Assembly (NCBI GenBank): GCA_963665815.1
Contig: OY762463.1
Location: forward strand, 2,432,001 to 2,496,000
DNA length: 64,000 bases
Direction of reading: 5' to 3'
Source: Candidatus Cloacimonadales bacterium
Lineage (GTDB): Bacteria > Cloacimonadota > Cloacimonadia > Cloacimonadales > JAIOQZ01
The notes under the pieces are model-generated. The model made no database searches. It had not been told where the DNA came from and worked only from the letters and a program-made list of their open reading frames with translations. The position numbers and the translations under genes were made by a program. How positions within the stretch are numbered: the first letter of the stretch is position 1; each line of letters begins with the position of its first letter. Positions 51,387 through 61,842 of the stretch are shown here, piece after piece.

Positions 51387-52682
51387 CTATTCTTCTGTAT
51401 TTTCTGATTCTTCAACTTCTGCTGGTTCTTCCGGAGTTTCTGGAACTTCAGGAAGCTTCACGAAAGTTGATGATTCTTCGATAAGTTTGTAAAGTTTCTT
51501 TTCTTTGATAGCTTCTTCAAAATCCGGTGTTTTTACAAAGCTCTTGTACTTTTCACTGTATTCTTCTGCTGTCATGTTCATGTTTGCAGAAAGTTCATCA
51601 ATCATATCTTTTTTATCATCATCAGAGATTTCAAAAGTTTCTACTTTCTTCAGTTCATCGATGATATAGTATTTTTTAATTTCAATTTCAGCAAGTTTCT
51701 TGTAACCTTCAAGAAGCTGTTCAACAGGAATATTATACTGTTGAGCCATAGGCTTAGCCATATTCATAGCGTAGTTTTCTACGAGTGAAGGTGGCACATC
51801 AAACGGATTTTCGCTGATAAGCTTCATTGTGATTGCGTCTTTCAAAGATCTTTCGTTCTCTTTATCAAGATTTTTCTTAAGTTCTTCAACAATCTTTTCC
51901 TTCATTTCATCAAGAGAATCATAATCTGCGTCTTTAGCAAGATCATCATCTATTTCAGGAAGTACTTCAATTTTTACAGCTTTCACAGTTATTTTTGCTT
52001 CTTTCTTCAGTAATTCTGAGTCATCGTCTTCTTTAGGTTCAAAAAGCAGTGATGTAAATTCGTCGCCTTTCTTAAGACCGATGATTTTTTCGTTAAACTC
52101 TTTACTGAATTGATTTTCACCAACAGCAAGTTCTCTGCTGAACGGATCTTTGTATTCTCCATCTTCGCCAGGAAGCTGAATATCAATATTAACAATATTT
52201 CCGGATTCGACAGCTTTATCTGTTTCCTCAATACTAGCCATTTTTCGACGCATTTCTTCGATAGTACCATCTACTGCATCTGCTGGTAATTCCTGTTTTT
52301 CAAATGGAATTTCAAGTTCTTTGTATTTATCAACTTTAATTTCAGGTTTAACTTCAAATCTGAAAGTTGCTGTAAAATCTTTACCTTTTTCCCAGTCCCA
52401 TTTAAGTGGTTGACCTTGAGAAATTGGAACTACTTCATCACCTTCGATAGCTTCAGTATAGTATTCCGGAAGTTTTGCTTTTATAAATTCTTCTTTTGCA
52501 TGAGCACCATAGAGTTTTTCAACCATGGACATCGGAGCTTTACCTTTTCTGAATCCCGGTACTGCAGCATATTTTCTGAAATCTTTCAGTACTTTTACAT
52601 AATCTTTCTCAGCAGTTTCTGCCGGAACAGTGAGTGTCATTTCACGTACACATTGACTAATTTCTTTAAATTCCTTTTTCAC
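51387..52682 (-). CDS. tig: Trigger factor
   Basis: PGFRKGKAP signature; tig-clpP-clpX order. Confidence 0.95.
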   Translation of the reverse strand: MKKEFKEISQCVREMTLTVPAETAEKDYVKVLKDFRKYAAVPGFRKGKAPMSMVEKLYGAHAKEEFIKAKLPEYYTEAIEGDEVVPISQGQPLKWDWEKGKDFTATFRFEVKPEIKVDKYKELEIPFEKQELPADAVDGTIEEMRRKMASIEETDKAVESGNIVNIDIQLPGEDGEYKDPFSRELAVGENQFSKEFNEKIIGLKKGDEFTSLLFEPKEDDDSELLKKEAKITVKAVKIEVLPEIDDDLAKDADYDSLDEMKEKIVEELKKNLDKENERSLKDAITMKLISENPFDVPPSLVENYAMNMAKPMAQQYNIPVEQLLEGYKKLAEIEIKKYYIIDELKKVETFEISDDDKKDMIDELSANMNMTAEEYSEKYKSFVKTPDFEEAIKEKKLYKLIEESSTFVKLPEVPETPEEPAEVEESENTEE

Positions 52683-52719
52683 TTTTTAACTCCTGTTATC
52701 ATTCCATATATAATAATAA

Positions 52720-52805
<86 letters not shown>

Positions 52806-52887
52806 ACAGTTCAGCCAATCTGCTAATTGACCGATGTCATGAAATTTATTACTAATTTACTGTCAAGTACACAGTTATGATTAATTA

Positions 52888-54195
52888 CTATCGACTGCTC
52901 CACTTCTTTGATAAAGCAGAATCCTTGAGCTTCAATGCAGACTGATTACCAATTGTCTTTGCAAGATTTTTACTTGGTGTATCTACTGCTTTATTGAAAA
53001 GAACATCTGCATAACTTTCTGCTTCAGCAAATTTATCTGCTTTAAACAGATTTGATGCTAGAGACTTCAATCTGAATATCTCAATTTTTACGTTTTCTTT
53101 ATCTTCATTTTTAAGTTGGAAATCAACACCTTTCTGGAGATAAAGGACAGAATTCTTATCGTCTTTTTTCTTTGTCTGATAAATATAACTCAGCGTAAAA
53201 CAAGCCTGATCTACAAATGGTACAGGGTCAACACCTTCATCATTTGAAATTGCTTTTTTCAGGTATTCAATAGCATTGTCATCTTCACCAAGTGAAAGAT
53301 AATACATACCTAAAAAGTACTCGGTATTTGAATTACGACCGAATGTAAGAAGGTTCTTGTATATTTTTACTGCATTTCTGAGATTTTCTTTCTTTATGTA
53401 TTTTCCTGAAAGTTCAGCATAATCGGTTTTATCAGCCGGATCATCTTCGAGAAGCAATACATAAGTTTCTGCAAGTTCTCTTTGAACGTCAACATCATCC
53501 GGTTTCAGTTCGAGATACTTTTTGTAGTTTGCAATTGATTCTTCATAGTTCCCAGCATTATAACTGATTCTTGCATAAGTCACAATTGCCTTGTCGTATT
53601 GAGGATTCACTTTGAGAAGTGTCTCTATTGCTGTAACAGCTTCATCTGTTTTTCCTTCATTATTCAATGTGTTTGCAACATTGAGAACCGCTGCATCAAT
53701 ACCTAAATCAATAATGTCTTGAGATTGAAGCTCATAAAATTCAACAATGGAAATCTTTTTCTTTTCACCACCAGGTCTCGGATCACTTACTTTTTTCTCT
53801 TTTAAATGCATAGTTTTAAGAGCTTTTTTGCGAGGCTTCTTATCTTCAGGAAGATTATTCAGAAGCTTCAGCACTTTTTCATACATTGGTCTTAATTCAA
53901 GCAATTTATTATAGTAATCCGGAGATGTTTCATCAGAGTTCGGATATTTTTCTTTCAGAACCTTGATTTTTAATTTAGCCAATCTGAAAATTACTTCAGG
54001 AAGATCAGGTTCTTTTTCCAGAGCTTCATTATAATATTTAATAGCCTTATCTCGTAAATCAGTATTATCCGCATTTGAACTAAATTGATTATAATACATA
54101 TTTCCTGATCTTATGTTTGTAGAAACCGATGCAGAAAACAATGCTGTAGAGATAATTAGTCCAATCACAACAAGCATGGTTCTTTTCATATTCAT
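52888..54195 (-). CDS. Secreted TPR-repeat protein
   Basis: Signal peptide; TPR patterns (AIKYYNEALEKEPD, YKKYLELKPDD); AAGGAG RBS. Confidence 0.8.
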   Translation of the reverse strand: MNMKRTMLVVIGLIISTALFSASVSTNIRSGNMYYNQFSSNADNTDLRDKAIKYYNEALEKEPDLPEVIFRLAKLKIKVLKEKYPNSDETSPDYYNKLLELRPMYEKVLKLLNNLPEDKKPRKKALKTMHLKEKKVSDPRPGGEKKKISIVEFYELQSQDIIDLGIDAAVLNVANTLNNEGKTDEAVTAIETLLKVNPQYDKAIVTYARISYNAGNYEESIANYKKYLELKPDDVDVQRELAETYVLLLEDDPADKTDYAELSGKYIKKENLRNAVKIYKNLLTFGRNSNTEYFLGMYYLSLGEDDNAIEYLKKAISNDEGVDPVPFVDQACFTLSYIYQTKKKDDKNSVLYLQKGVDFQLKNEDKENVKIEIFRLKSLASNLFKADKFAEAESYADVLFNKAVDTPSKNLAKTIGNQSALKLKDSALSKKWSSR

Positions 54196-54276
54196 TATAT
54201 CTCCTTTGAAAATATTACATTTTTTCAAATTCTGTTTTACCGAATTTCATGTCAATCAAATTCTAAGTATAGAAAT

Positions 54277-56025
54277 CTACTGTTGTATGGATACCGGACA
54301 TATAAGTTGAATTTTATCCCGTTGGAAATTCTCAACTTTCTTTAGTTCCTTGTCAAATTCATTAAGAATTCTGCTTTCCGGTTTCACTAATGAAGACATT
54401 ACAGCTCCAAAATTAAACTTATCATCATATATAACCTCAAATAAGGTTTTACGTTTCGGATAATTCTCTGTTCCGTAAACACTCATATTGGCAAGTTCTG
54501 CTGCTTTTTTAACTGCATCATCAATAGATCCAACTTCATCTATCAATCCTATTTTCAATGCTTTAGCACTACTCCAGACTCTTCCTTCGGCTATATCTGT
54601 TATCTTATCAGGAGCAATTTTTCTTCCAGTCATCACAATATCCTTGAACTCAGTATAGATGTTTTCAGCATTTCTCTGAAGTGATCTTTGGGCTGAAGCA
54701 GGCATTGGTTTCCACAAATTCAGCAGATCAACATATTTTCCACGAGCAACACTATCTGTATGAATTCCCAGTTTCTTTCCAAGCCCCGTTGCATTAGGTA
54801 TCATCATTACAACACCAATAGATCCGGTAATAGTTAATGGCTCAGCGTAAATATAATCTGCCAGAGCTGAAATGTAATATCCACCGGAAGCAGCTACACT
54901 TCCCATAGACACTACAACAGGTTTAGCTGTTTTTAACTGCTTAACTGCATGGGCAATAATATCTGATTCCAGAGCAGATCCACCCGGACTGTTTACTCTG
55001 AGTACAACAGCTTTCACAGATGCATCTTTACGGAGTTTTGTCAGGATTTTTATCATTTTTTCAGAGGTAATTGCCTTAGCATTAAATCCGGATACTGATG
55101 CCTGAATTCCACCTTCAGCATAAACAACAGCTATTTTTCCTGCCCCAGAAGCAACCGGAGCAATATTTGAAGAGTATGAAGAGAGACTGATCAAGTTATC
55201 CTTTTTAATTCCTAATGTCTCCATCACATCCTGTTTATAATGAAGTTCATCAACAAGATTTAGTTCCAGAGCCATTTCGGAATTAATGAATATCTCTTCT
55301 CTGTTCTCATACAGATTTTTAATGTCTTTATATGATACATCCTGTCTGTTATCAGATATAATTCTCAGTTTTGTTTCATAGAGATCTCCTAAAATTTCAC
55401 TGAGATTTTTTTTAGTGAAAGGAGATAATTCAGTTCTGGAGTATGTTTCTCCGGCACCCTTATATTTTCCGGCATGGATTACTTTCATCTCAATACCAAA
55501 CTTTTCAAGTGTTTCTTTATAGAAAGTCATAGTCGACCCAACACCTGTAAGTAGGAATTCTGATGACTTTGAAGGTGTCATAAAAATTTTGTCTGCATAT
55601 GTAGATGCGAAATATCCGGCATCACTTGTGACATCAATATAAGCATACACAGGTTTTCCTGATGCTTTGAATTCTTTCAGTTTTTCACCGATAACCTGAA
55701 TAGCTGAGATTCCCATTATAGCACCGGGTTCCAGGAAAATACCTTCAATTTTCGGATCATGGGCAGCTTTTTCAATTGCATTCAGCATATCGAACATGGA
55801 TGAAGGCAGATCGTCAAACAGAACAGAGTTTTTCATCTCATTGTATTCTCCAATAGGTCCGGTCAGAAATAAATGAAGGAATGAGTTTTGTAAAACAGGC
55901 TTTTCAATGCCTTTTTGTTCGAGTGAAGATCCAAGTTTTGCCAAACCGGCAATTGATGCGAAAATAATTAATCCTACAATAACTATAGATGTTACACATC
56001 CGAATGTAAACCAGCGAAATCTCAT
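54277..56025 (-). CDS. sppA: Signal peptide peptidase SppA (67K type)
   Basis: GKYKGAGE, LRVNSPGGS, AASGGYY, TGSIGV, EGRVW, GLIDE. Confidence 0.95.
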   Translation of the reverse strand: MRFRWFTFGCVTSIVIVGLIIFASIAGLAKLGSSLEQKGIEKPVLQNSFLHLFLTGPIGEYNEMKNSVLFDDLPSSMFDMLNAIEKAAHDPKIEGIFLEPGAIMGISAIQVIGEKLKEFKASGKPVYAYIDVTSDAGYFASTYADKIFMTPSKSSEFLLTGVGSTMTFYKETLEKFGIEMKVIHAGKYKGAGETYSRTELSPFTKKNLSEILGDLYETKLRIISDNRQDVSYKDIKNLYENREEIFINSEMALELNLVDELHYKQDVMETLGIKKDNLISLSSYSSNIAPVASGAGKIAVVYAEGGIQASVSGFNAKAITSEKMIKILTKLRKDASVKAVVLRVNSPGGSALESDIIAHAVKQLKTAKPVVVSMGSVAASGGYYISALADYIYAEPLTITGSIGVVMMIPNATGLGKKLGIHTDSVARGKYVDLLNLWKPMPASAQRSLQRNAENIYTEFKDIVMTGRKIAPDKITDIAEGRVWSSAKALKIGLIDEVGSIDDAVKKAAELANMSVYGTENYPKRKTLFEVIYDDKFNFGAVMSSLVKPESRILNEFDKELKKVENFQRDKIQLICPVSIQQ

Positions 56026-56037
56026 TTATCCTCCAGG

Positions 56038-57381
56038 TTATAATTTTATTTCAAGTTCTTTTAGTTTACGTGATAAATTACTCTGATGCAAAGACAAAGC
56101 TTTTGCAGTAGAAGAAATATTGCAATTATGTTTCTTTAATTGTGTTGTCAAATACTTTAGTTCAAATTCTTTTTTCTTGGACTGCCAGGATTGAGTATCT
56201 TCCCAGAATTCATCGCAATCCACAGGTTTTGGTCCGATATATTCCGGGATGTTTTCCATATCAATTTCCTGAGAATCACACAGAATATACAGACGTTCTA
56301 TCAGGTTCCGCAATTCTCTGACATTACCGGGGTACTGTTTGGAAATAAGATATTTTACTGCTTCCCCTGAAAATGTTTTCAGCTTAACCCCAAGTTCGTC
56401 AGACATCATAGCAGAGAAATGATCTATCAATTCCGGGATATCTTCTCTTCTGTCTCTCAGTGGAGGACTTACTACAGGAACAACATTAAGTCTGTAATAC
56501 AAATCCTGCCTGAAAAGTCCCTTATTAACGAGATCTTCCAGATCCTTGTGAGTTGCAGCTATTATTCTTGCATCTACTCTTCTTATATTGTTTGAACCAA
56601 CTCTCTCGAATTCTCCTTCCTGGATTACTCTCAGGATTTTCGACTGAGCTGTCAGAGTCATATCCCCTATTTCATCGAGAAAAAGTGTACCGCCATTCGC
56701 TTCTTCAATTTTACCTTTTTTACTTTTTACTGCTCCGGTAAAGGCTCCTCTTTCATAACCGAACAGCTCAGATTCAACCAGCTCATTTGGTATCGCAGCA
56801 GAATTAAACTTAATGAATGGATTATCAGCTCTCTGTGATGCACTATGAATAGCATGTGCAATCAATTCTTTACCAGTTCCACTTTCTCCTCTGATAAGTA
56901 CTTTGGAATTTGTTCTGGCAACCTTTGCAATGAGAGTTCTCAGACGATTCATTACTTCACCCGAGCCAACAAGAAGCTGTTTTCCACTATTATTAAGAAG
57001 CTCAAGATATCTTCTATTCAGATTGATAAATTTCATTGCAAGTTCAAGAGTTGATTTAACTTTAGGATAACTCAATGGCTTTTCCAGAAAATCGAAGGCT
57101 CCTGCCTTCAGGGCTTTAACAGCATCACTGATTGAGCTGTGACCGGAAATCATGATCACCTGAACATGTTTAAATTCGACACTGATTCTTTTAAGTACTT
57201 CAATACCATCCATGCCGTCCATTTTAACATCAAGAAAGACAACCTCATAGAAATCGTCTTCCAGCATTTTGAGACCCGTAATGCCATTTTCGGCTGTATC
57301 ACAGTCCAGACCTTCATCCTCTATAATACTTTTAAGTGTTATTCTTATATTTTTTTCATCATCTATTATCAATATTCTCAA
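56038..57381 (-). CDS. Sigma54-dependent response regulator (NtrX/NtrC-like)
   Basis: IDDE/FLDVKM receiver; GESGTGKE, ESELFGYERGAFTGA, FLDEI, YPGNVREL; HTH. Confidence 0.93.
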   Translation of the reverse strand: MRILIIDDEKNIRITLKSIIEDEGLDCDTAENGITGLKMLEDDFYEVVFLDVKMDGMDGIEVLKRISVEFKHVQVIMISGHSSISDAVKALKAGAFDFLEKPLSYPKVKSTLELAMKFINLNRRYLELLNNSGKQLLVGSGEVMNRLRTLIAKVARTNSKVLIRGESGTGKELIAHAIHSASQRADNPFIKFNSAAIPNELVESELFGYERGAFTGAVKSKKGKIEEANGGTLFLDEIGDMTLTAQSKILRVIQEGEFERVGSNNIRRVDARIIAATHKDLEDLVNKGLFRQDLYYRLNVVPVVSPPLRDRREDIPELIDHFSAMMSDELGVKLKTFSGEAVKYLISKQYPGNVRELRNLIERLYILCDSQEIDMENIPEYIGPKPVDCDEFWEDTQSWQSKKKEFELKYLTTQLKKHNCNISSTAKALSLHQSNLSRKLKELEIKL

Positions 57382-57390
57382 ATGTAACTC

Positions 57391-58557
57391 CTATGCTCTG
57401 AAATCTTCAACAATTATTTCAAATACAGAGCCTTTTCCAATTTCACTTTTTACTCTTATAATCGCGTGATTCACATCTACAAGTCTTTTTACTAAAGCAA
57501 GTCCCAAGCCTGTCCCTTTCTTCTTTTTCGTAAAGTATGGCTCGAAAATGTTCTTCATATCTGCATCAGCTATTCCCGGACCCTCATCTTTAATACTAAT
57601 TATGAGATAAGATCTGCTCTGCTCCATTGAAATTGTAATCTCATCCTTTTCATCTGATGCGTCTATAGCATTCTGTACAATATTCGTTATAATCTGGTAA
57701 AAATGAAGTCTGTCGAATTCCACTCTATGGTTTTCAGGAAGTTCAAGCTTGATATTATAAGCATTTTTGTATGGTTTAATAATTTCGGATATCACCTCAG
57801 TAGGATCGAATATTGACTTTGATGCATCTGATATTTTTGCAAAACTTGAAAAAGTCTGAACAAGATTCCGCAGATTCATGATTTCCGAGTTAATAATCTC
57901 TACAGATTCTTGAAAAATGGAATCGAATTTTTCTTTATCGCTGTGAAAGAACCTTTCCAATCTCTGTGTAGAAAGCTGAATAGGCGTTAAAGGATTCTTT
58001 ATTTCGTGAGCCAGGATTCGAGACATTTCTTTCCATATCATTTCCTTTTCTGCCTGAACCAGCTTTCTCTGAGTTTTTTCCAGCTCGCGAGACATACCAT
58101 TGAAAGACTGCTTAAGCTTCTTCATCTCATATATACCGGAGTCCGGAAGATAAACCGAGTAATCCCCTTTCTCAATCTTCTTTGTTGCCTCCTGAAGCTC
58201 GTTTAAAGGTTTAGTTATATAATAGAAGAATACAGAAAAAATGAATATAGAGATCAGCATAATTGAGAACAAAATCAATGAAGAGTAAAATCGGGTCTTA
58301 AACTGGAAATTCTTCACAGCTCCAACAATCTGATTATTCGCCTTTATATACTTATTCATATACAAGCTGTCTTCACTTGTTTCAAATGTCATTTTGGGCA
58401 GCTTATAGTGGGGTCTCGATTCCTCAAGCAGCTTGTCAATCCTCTTCTGAGAACTGTTAAAATATGCATTAACCGTTAACAAAACAGCAGCAAACAGGAT
58501 AATGAAAAATAGTGTAACTACTGTTCTCAGACTGAATTTAATATCTTTTATCTTCAA
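57391..58557 (-). CDS. HAMP-domain sensor histidine kinase (NtrY-like)
   Basis: Two TM helices, HAMP, WKEMSRILAHEIKNPLTPI H-box, DEGPG, GTGLGL. Confidence 0.92.
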   Translation of the reverse strand: MKIKDIKFSLRTVVTLFFIILFAAVLLTVNAYFNSSQKRIDKLLEESRPHYKLPKMTFETSEDSLYMNKYIKANNQIVGAVKNFQFKTRFYSSLILFSIMLISIFIFSVFFYYITKPLNELQEATKKIEKGDYSVYLPDSGIYEMKKLKQSFNGMSRELEKTQRKLVQAEKEMIWKEMSRILAHEIKNPLTPIQLSTQRLERFFHSDKEKFDSIFQESVEIINSEIMNLRNLVQTFSSFAKISDASKSIFDPTEVISEIIKPYKNAYNIKLELPENHRVEFDRLHFYQIITNIVQNAIDASDEKDEITISMEQSRSYLIISIKDEGPGIADADMKNIFEPYFTKKKKGTGLGLALVKRLVDVNHAIIRVKSEIGKGSVFEIIVEDFRA

Positions 58558-59080
58558 CTTTCATCCTCTCCTTGAGTTCAGGATTACGATGCCCCCAGAG
58601 CAGCATCAGATCAATTTCTTCTTTTACCTCTTCATAAAACACAGGTTCGAGCTCTGCTGATAATTCAACAATATAATTCCCTGTTTCTATCTCATTCTTA
58701 TCAATGGAATACTCAATATCGGAAATAATATCAATTAATTCATTCCATGACTCTGTATATCCTTTTAACTTTTTCTCTTCAATGAAATATTCAAATTCTG
58801 ACCTCAACACATCATACACAATAGTATGTTTGAAACTTGTTTCTGTCGGTAACTCACCTATTCTTGTATATTTCAGTTTAAACCAGATGATAATCTTAGA
58901 ACCTGAATAGAAGAAATCTTCAAAATCATTCTCAAAACTATTCTCAAGTTTAGTAGTCAGAACAATTCTGTTTGTGTCATATCTGTAAAACAGATTTGAG
59001 AATTCTGCCACATTTCCTTCATAGGAGGAAAACATGAGAGAAGTGAATGTGATGATTCCTGATAATATTTTTTTAAACAT
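58538..59080 (-). CDS. DUF4390-like exported protein
   Basis: Size, N-terminal hydrophobic stretch and position directly upstream of an NtrY/NtrX-like pair; family assignment is mainly by synteny. Confidence 0.55.
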   Translation of the reverse strand: MFKKILSGIITFTSLMFSSYEGNVAEFSNLFYRYDTNRIVLTTKLENSFENDFEDFFYSGSKIIIWFKLKYTRIGELPTETSFKHTIVYDVLRSEFEYFIEEKKLKGYTESWNELIDIISDIEYSIDKNEIETGNYIVELSAELEPVFYEEVKEEIDLMLLWGHRNPELKERMKVEDKRY

Positions 59081-59221
59081 ATTAATTTTTTAAATTTATT
59101 TTACTTTCATTAAGCATTATTTGTCAATCAAAACAAGACTATTTACTTTAAAAAAGTAATCTGATCCTGTCTGTTACATTAAAAGAAGCAAAGTGTTTTT
59201 TCAGTATGTTCCTGAAAACGC

Positions 59222-59252
59222 AAAAAAAGGCTGCTGAAATTGCCAGCAGCCT
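59222..59252 (-). terminator. Rho-independent terminator after the PDZ gene
   Basis: Minus strand AGGCTGCTG...CAGCAGCCT plus T7. Confidence 0.85.
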
Positions 59253-59269
59253 CAATGAGGGAGGTCGTT

Positions 59270-60475
59270 TTAGAATCCAAACCATGGACCTATCATTATT
59301 GTGTACCCTTCAAATTTAGTGTCAGGTGAATCAACGACTTCATAAGAATCTTGCACAACATTAGCTTTCCAGCCGTCACTGAAAGAATATCCGTACATAT
59401 ATCCGGCTTCAGCTTTTAAACTGAGCCAGTCTAAAATTCTATACATTACAGCTACTTTAGGCTGTGCTACCATAAAACTTTTATTTAATCTTACATAATT
59501 ATTGCTACTTGCAGCCAGATCATTATGCATTGTGTTCCAGTTATAGTCTCCATCAGTCTGGTTTAATTCGATTGTGTAACCGCCACCACCTATCATTACA
59601 CCGGCAGAGCATATAAGTCTTCTTGTAATTGCAAATCTTTTATCAATTGTCACACCACCGTAACCCATTGAGAAATGCATTCTTCGGATAGTGTCATCAG
59701 ATTTATTTTTGCTCTCCTGCCAGTAGAAAGCTCCCATTCCACCGAGGAACCAGCCTTTACCAACATTTCCATGACCGGCAATACCTAATGGTAATACAAG
59801 ACCATCTTCCGGAAGTTCACTGAAACCCAGATTACTCCTGAGTTCATTAATATCATCAAATGCATCAAAATCAATGAAAGCTGGGGTCCAGCCAATACCA
59901 CCATGACCTACACTATGTCTTCTTCTTCCTTTCTTCTTGTCATCAACCACAAAATCTTTTTCTTTTTTATCTGAGTAGCGTGATCCGAAAACAAACTCAA
60001 GATTCTGAACTTCACCATCTCTGAATACTTTCAGGACAACTTTATCTCCAACATAAAATGAAGAGATTACTTTTTTCACATGTTCAGAACCATATATTTT
60101 TTTTCCACCAATCTCCATCAGTATATCACCGTCAATTACCCTGTATAACTTCGCAGGAGTGTTGGAAGTTACGTGTGTAATAAGCACACCATACATGTAC
60201 TTATAGTTTCTTTCTCTGGCATCTTCAAAAGTAAGGTCATCAAAAAACACTCCCATAAAAGGAGTTTCCATTCTGGTGTTCTCAGGTTTTTCCTGAATTT
60301 CTTCTGCTGAAACTTGAATTTCAACTTCTCTCGCAACTTCTTCAGCTTTTTCTGCTAAGATTTCTGCTTTTCTTGCCATGCGTTCTGCAGATTTTCCAAT
60401 CCTGTCGGCAGTATTCTCTGAACTTAGATAACTGAATAAGGCATATAATATAATTGCCAAGCATAACTTCTTCAT
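59270..60475 (-). CDS. Secreted PDZ-domain protein with probable C-terminal beta-barrel
   Basis: Signal peptide, coiled coil, PDZ (PFMGV, GVLITHV..NTPA, GDILMEIGG, VFRDG), Gly/aromatic strands, terminal WFGF; GGAGG RBS before ATG 60475. Confidence 0.8.
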   Translation of the reverse strand: MKKLCLAIILYALFSYLSSENTADRIGKSAERMARKAEILAEKAEEVAREVEIQVSAEEIQEKPENTRMETPFMGVFFDDLTFEDARERNYKYMYGVLITHVTSNTPAKLYRVIDGDILMEIGGKKIYGSEHVKKVISSFYVGDKVVLKVFRDGEVQNLEFVFGSRYSDKKEKDFVVDDKKKGRRRHSVGHGGIGWTPAFIDFDAFDDINELRSNLGFSELPEDGLVLPLGIAGHGNVGKGWFLGGMGAFYWQESKNKSDDTIRRMHFSMGYGGVTIDKRFAITRRLICSAGVMIGGGGYTIELNQTDGDYNWNTMHNDLAASSNNYVRLNKSFMVAQPKVAVMYRILDWLSLKAEAGYMYGYSFSDGWKANVVQDSYEVVDSPDTKFEGYTIMIGPWFGF

Positions 60476-60513
60476 GTTTTCCTCCGAGTATTTCAATCAT
60501 TTAATTTATTGAA

Positions 60514-60529
60514 TGCATTATCGGTGCCA
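60514..60529 (-). promoter_or_regulatory. Sigma54 (-24/-12) promoter of the PDZ gene
   Basis: Minus strand TGGCAC-CGATA-ATGCA, exact GG-N10-GC spacing, ~40 nt upstream of the start. Confidence 0.75.
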
Positions 60530-60812
60530 AAACTACTTCATCTTATATTACAGTCAGTTATGAGTATTTATATCATTTTTGTGCTATTTATTTTTATCAA
60601 AATGATATATTATTAATGTAAAATTAATATAAATGGTTTATCAAGTAAATGCAGCTCTGCTCAATTAGATGATTCTTCGGTTTTTTAAAGAAAAAGATTG
60701 ATAAAAAAGATACAGTAACATATTAAGGAAAAAATAAAAAAGTATGCAGGTGATCAATTTCTGATCTTAACATTCTCACTGAATTATGCAATACTGGCAC
60801 TAAGGTATAAAC

Positions 60813-61832
60813 ATGTTAGAAAGAATAAATACTCCGGACGTTATTCCCGGTGAAAAAGATTTCGATAGAGCTCTCAGACCGGAAACACTGGATGATTTCA
60901 TTGGTCAGGACAAGATAAAGGAAATACTCGATATTTCCATTAAAGCCGCAATGCTCAGGAATGAACCTCTGGATCATGTACTGCTGTATGGACCTCCGGG
61001 ACTGGGTAAAACAACCTTATCAAATATCATAGCTAAAGAACTGAAAGCAGAAATAAAAGTAAGTAGTGGACCTGTTATTGAAAAACCTTCTGATCTGGCA
61101 GGTGTTCTCACAAACCTTCAACGACATAATGTTCTGTTTATAGATGAGATCCACAGACTGAATCATATTGTAGAAGAATATATGTATCCGGCAATTGAGG
61201 ATTTCGAAATGGAAATCATAATAGACAGCGGTCCAAGTGCCAGAGCTCTGAAAATAGGACTTGAACCTTTTACCCTGATCGGGGCAACCACCAGAGCAGG
61301 ACTGCTTACATCTCCTTTAAGAGCCAGATTCGGACTGGCACTGAGATTAGATTACTACAATGCTAAGGATATCAGCAGAATTATAAAACGGTCTGCCGGA
61401 CTCCTCGGTGTTCCTATCGAGAAAGACGGCATTGTGGAAATTGCCCGAAGAAGCAGAGGAACTCCACGTGTTGCAAACAGATTGCTGAGAAGAGTCAGAG
61501 ACTATGCTCAGATAAAAGGAGACGGAATTATTACTTCTGAAATAGCAGGCAAAGCTCTTCATATGCTGAATGTTGATCATGAAGGCCTGGATGAAATGGA
61601 TAAACGTATTCTTCTGACGATAATCGAAAATTATAAAGGTGGTCCTGTTGGTTTAAAAACTCTTGCAGTAGCTGTTGGTGAAGATTCCGGAACAATTGAA
61701 GAGATATACGAACCATATCTGATTCAGCAGGGATTCCTCGAAAGAACAATGCAGGGAAGAAAAACAACCATCAAGACTAATAAACACTTTGGTATACACC
61801 CCGTAAGAGACCAGATTGATTTATTTGAGTAG
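60813..61832 (+). CDS. ruvB: Holliday junction branch migration helicase RuvB
   Basis: [58 protein letters not shown]. Confidence 0.98.
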   Translation: MLERINTPDVIPGEKDFDRALRPETLDDFIGQDKIKEILDISIKAAMLRNEPLDHVLLYGPPGLGKTTLSNIIAKELKAEIKVSSGPVIEKPSDLAGVLTNLQRHNVLFIDEIHRLNHIVEEYMYPAIEDFEMEIIIDSGPSARALKIGLEPFTLIGATTRAGLLTSPLRARFGLALRLDYYNAKDISRIIKRSAGLLGVPIEKDGIVEIARRSRGTPRVANRLLRRVRDYAQIKGDGIITSEIAGKALHMLNVDHEGLDEMDKRILLTIIENYKGGPVGLKTLAVAVGEDSGTIEEIYEPYLIQQGFLERTMQGRKTTIKTNKHFGIHPVRDQIDLFE

Positions 61833-61842
61833 TGGAGCTGAT

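Noticed and set aside
60795-60810. TGGCAC upstream of ruvB as a sigma54 promoter
   Set aside because: No GC at the -12 position.
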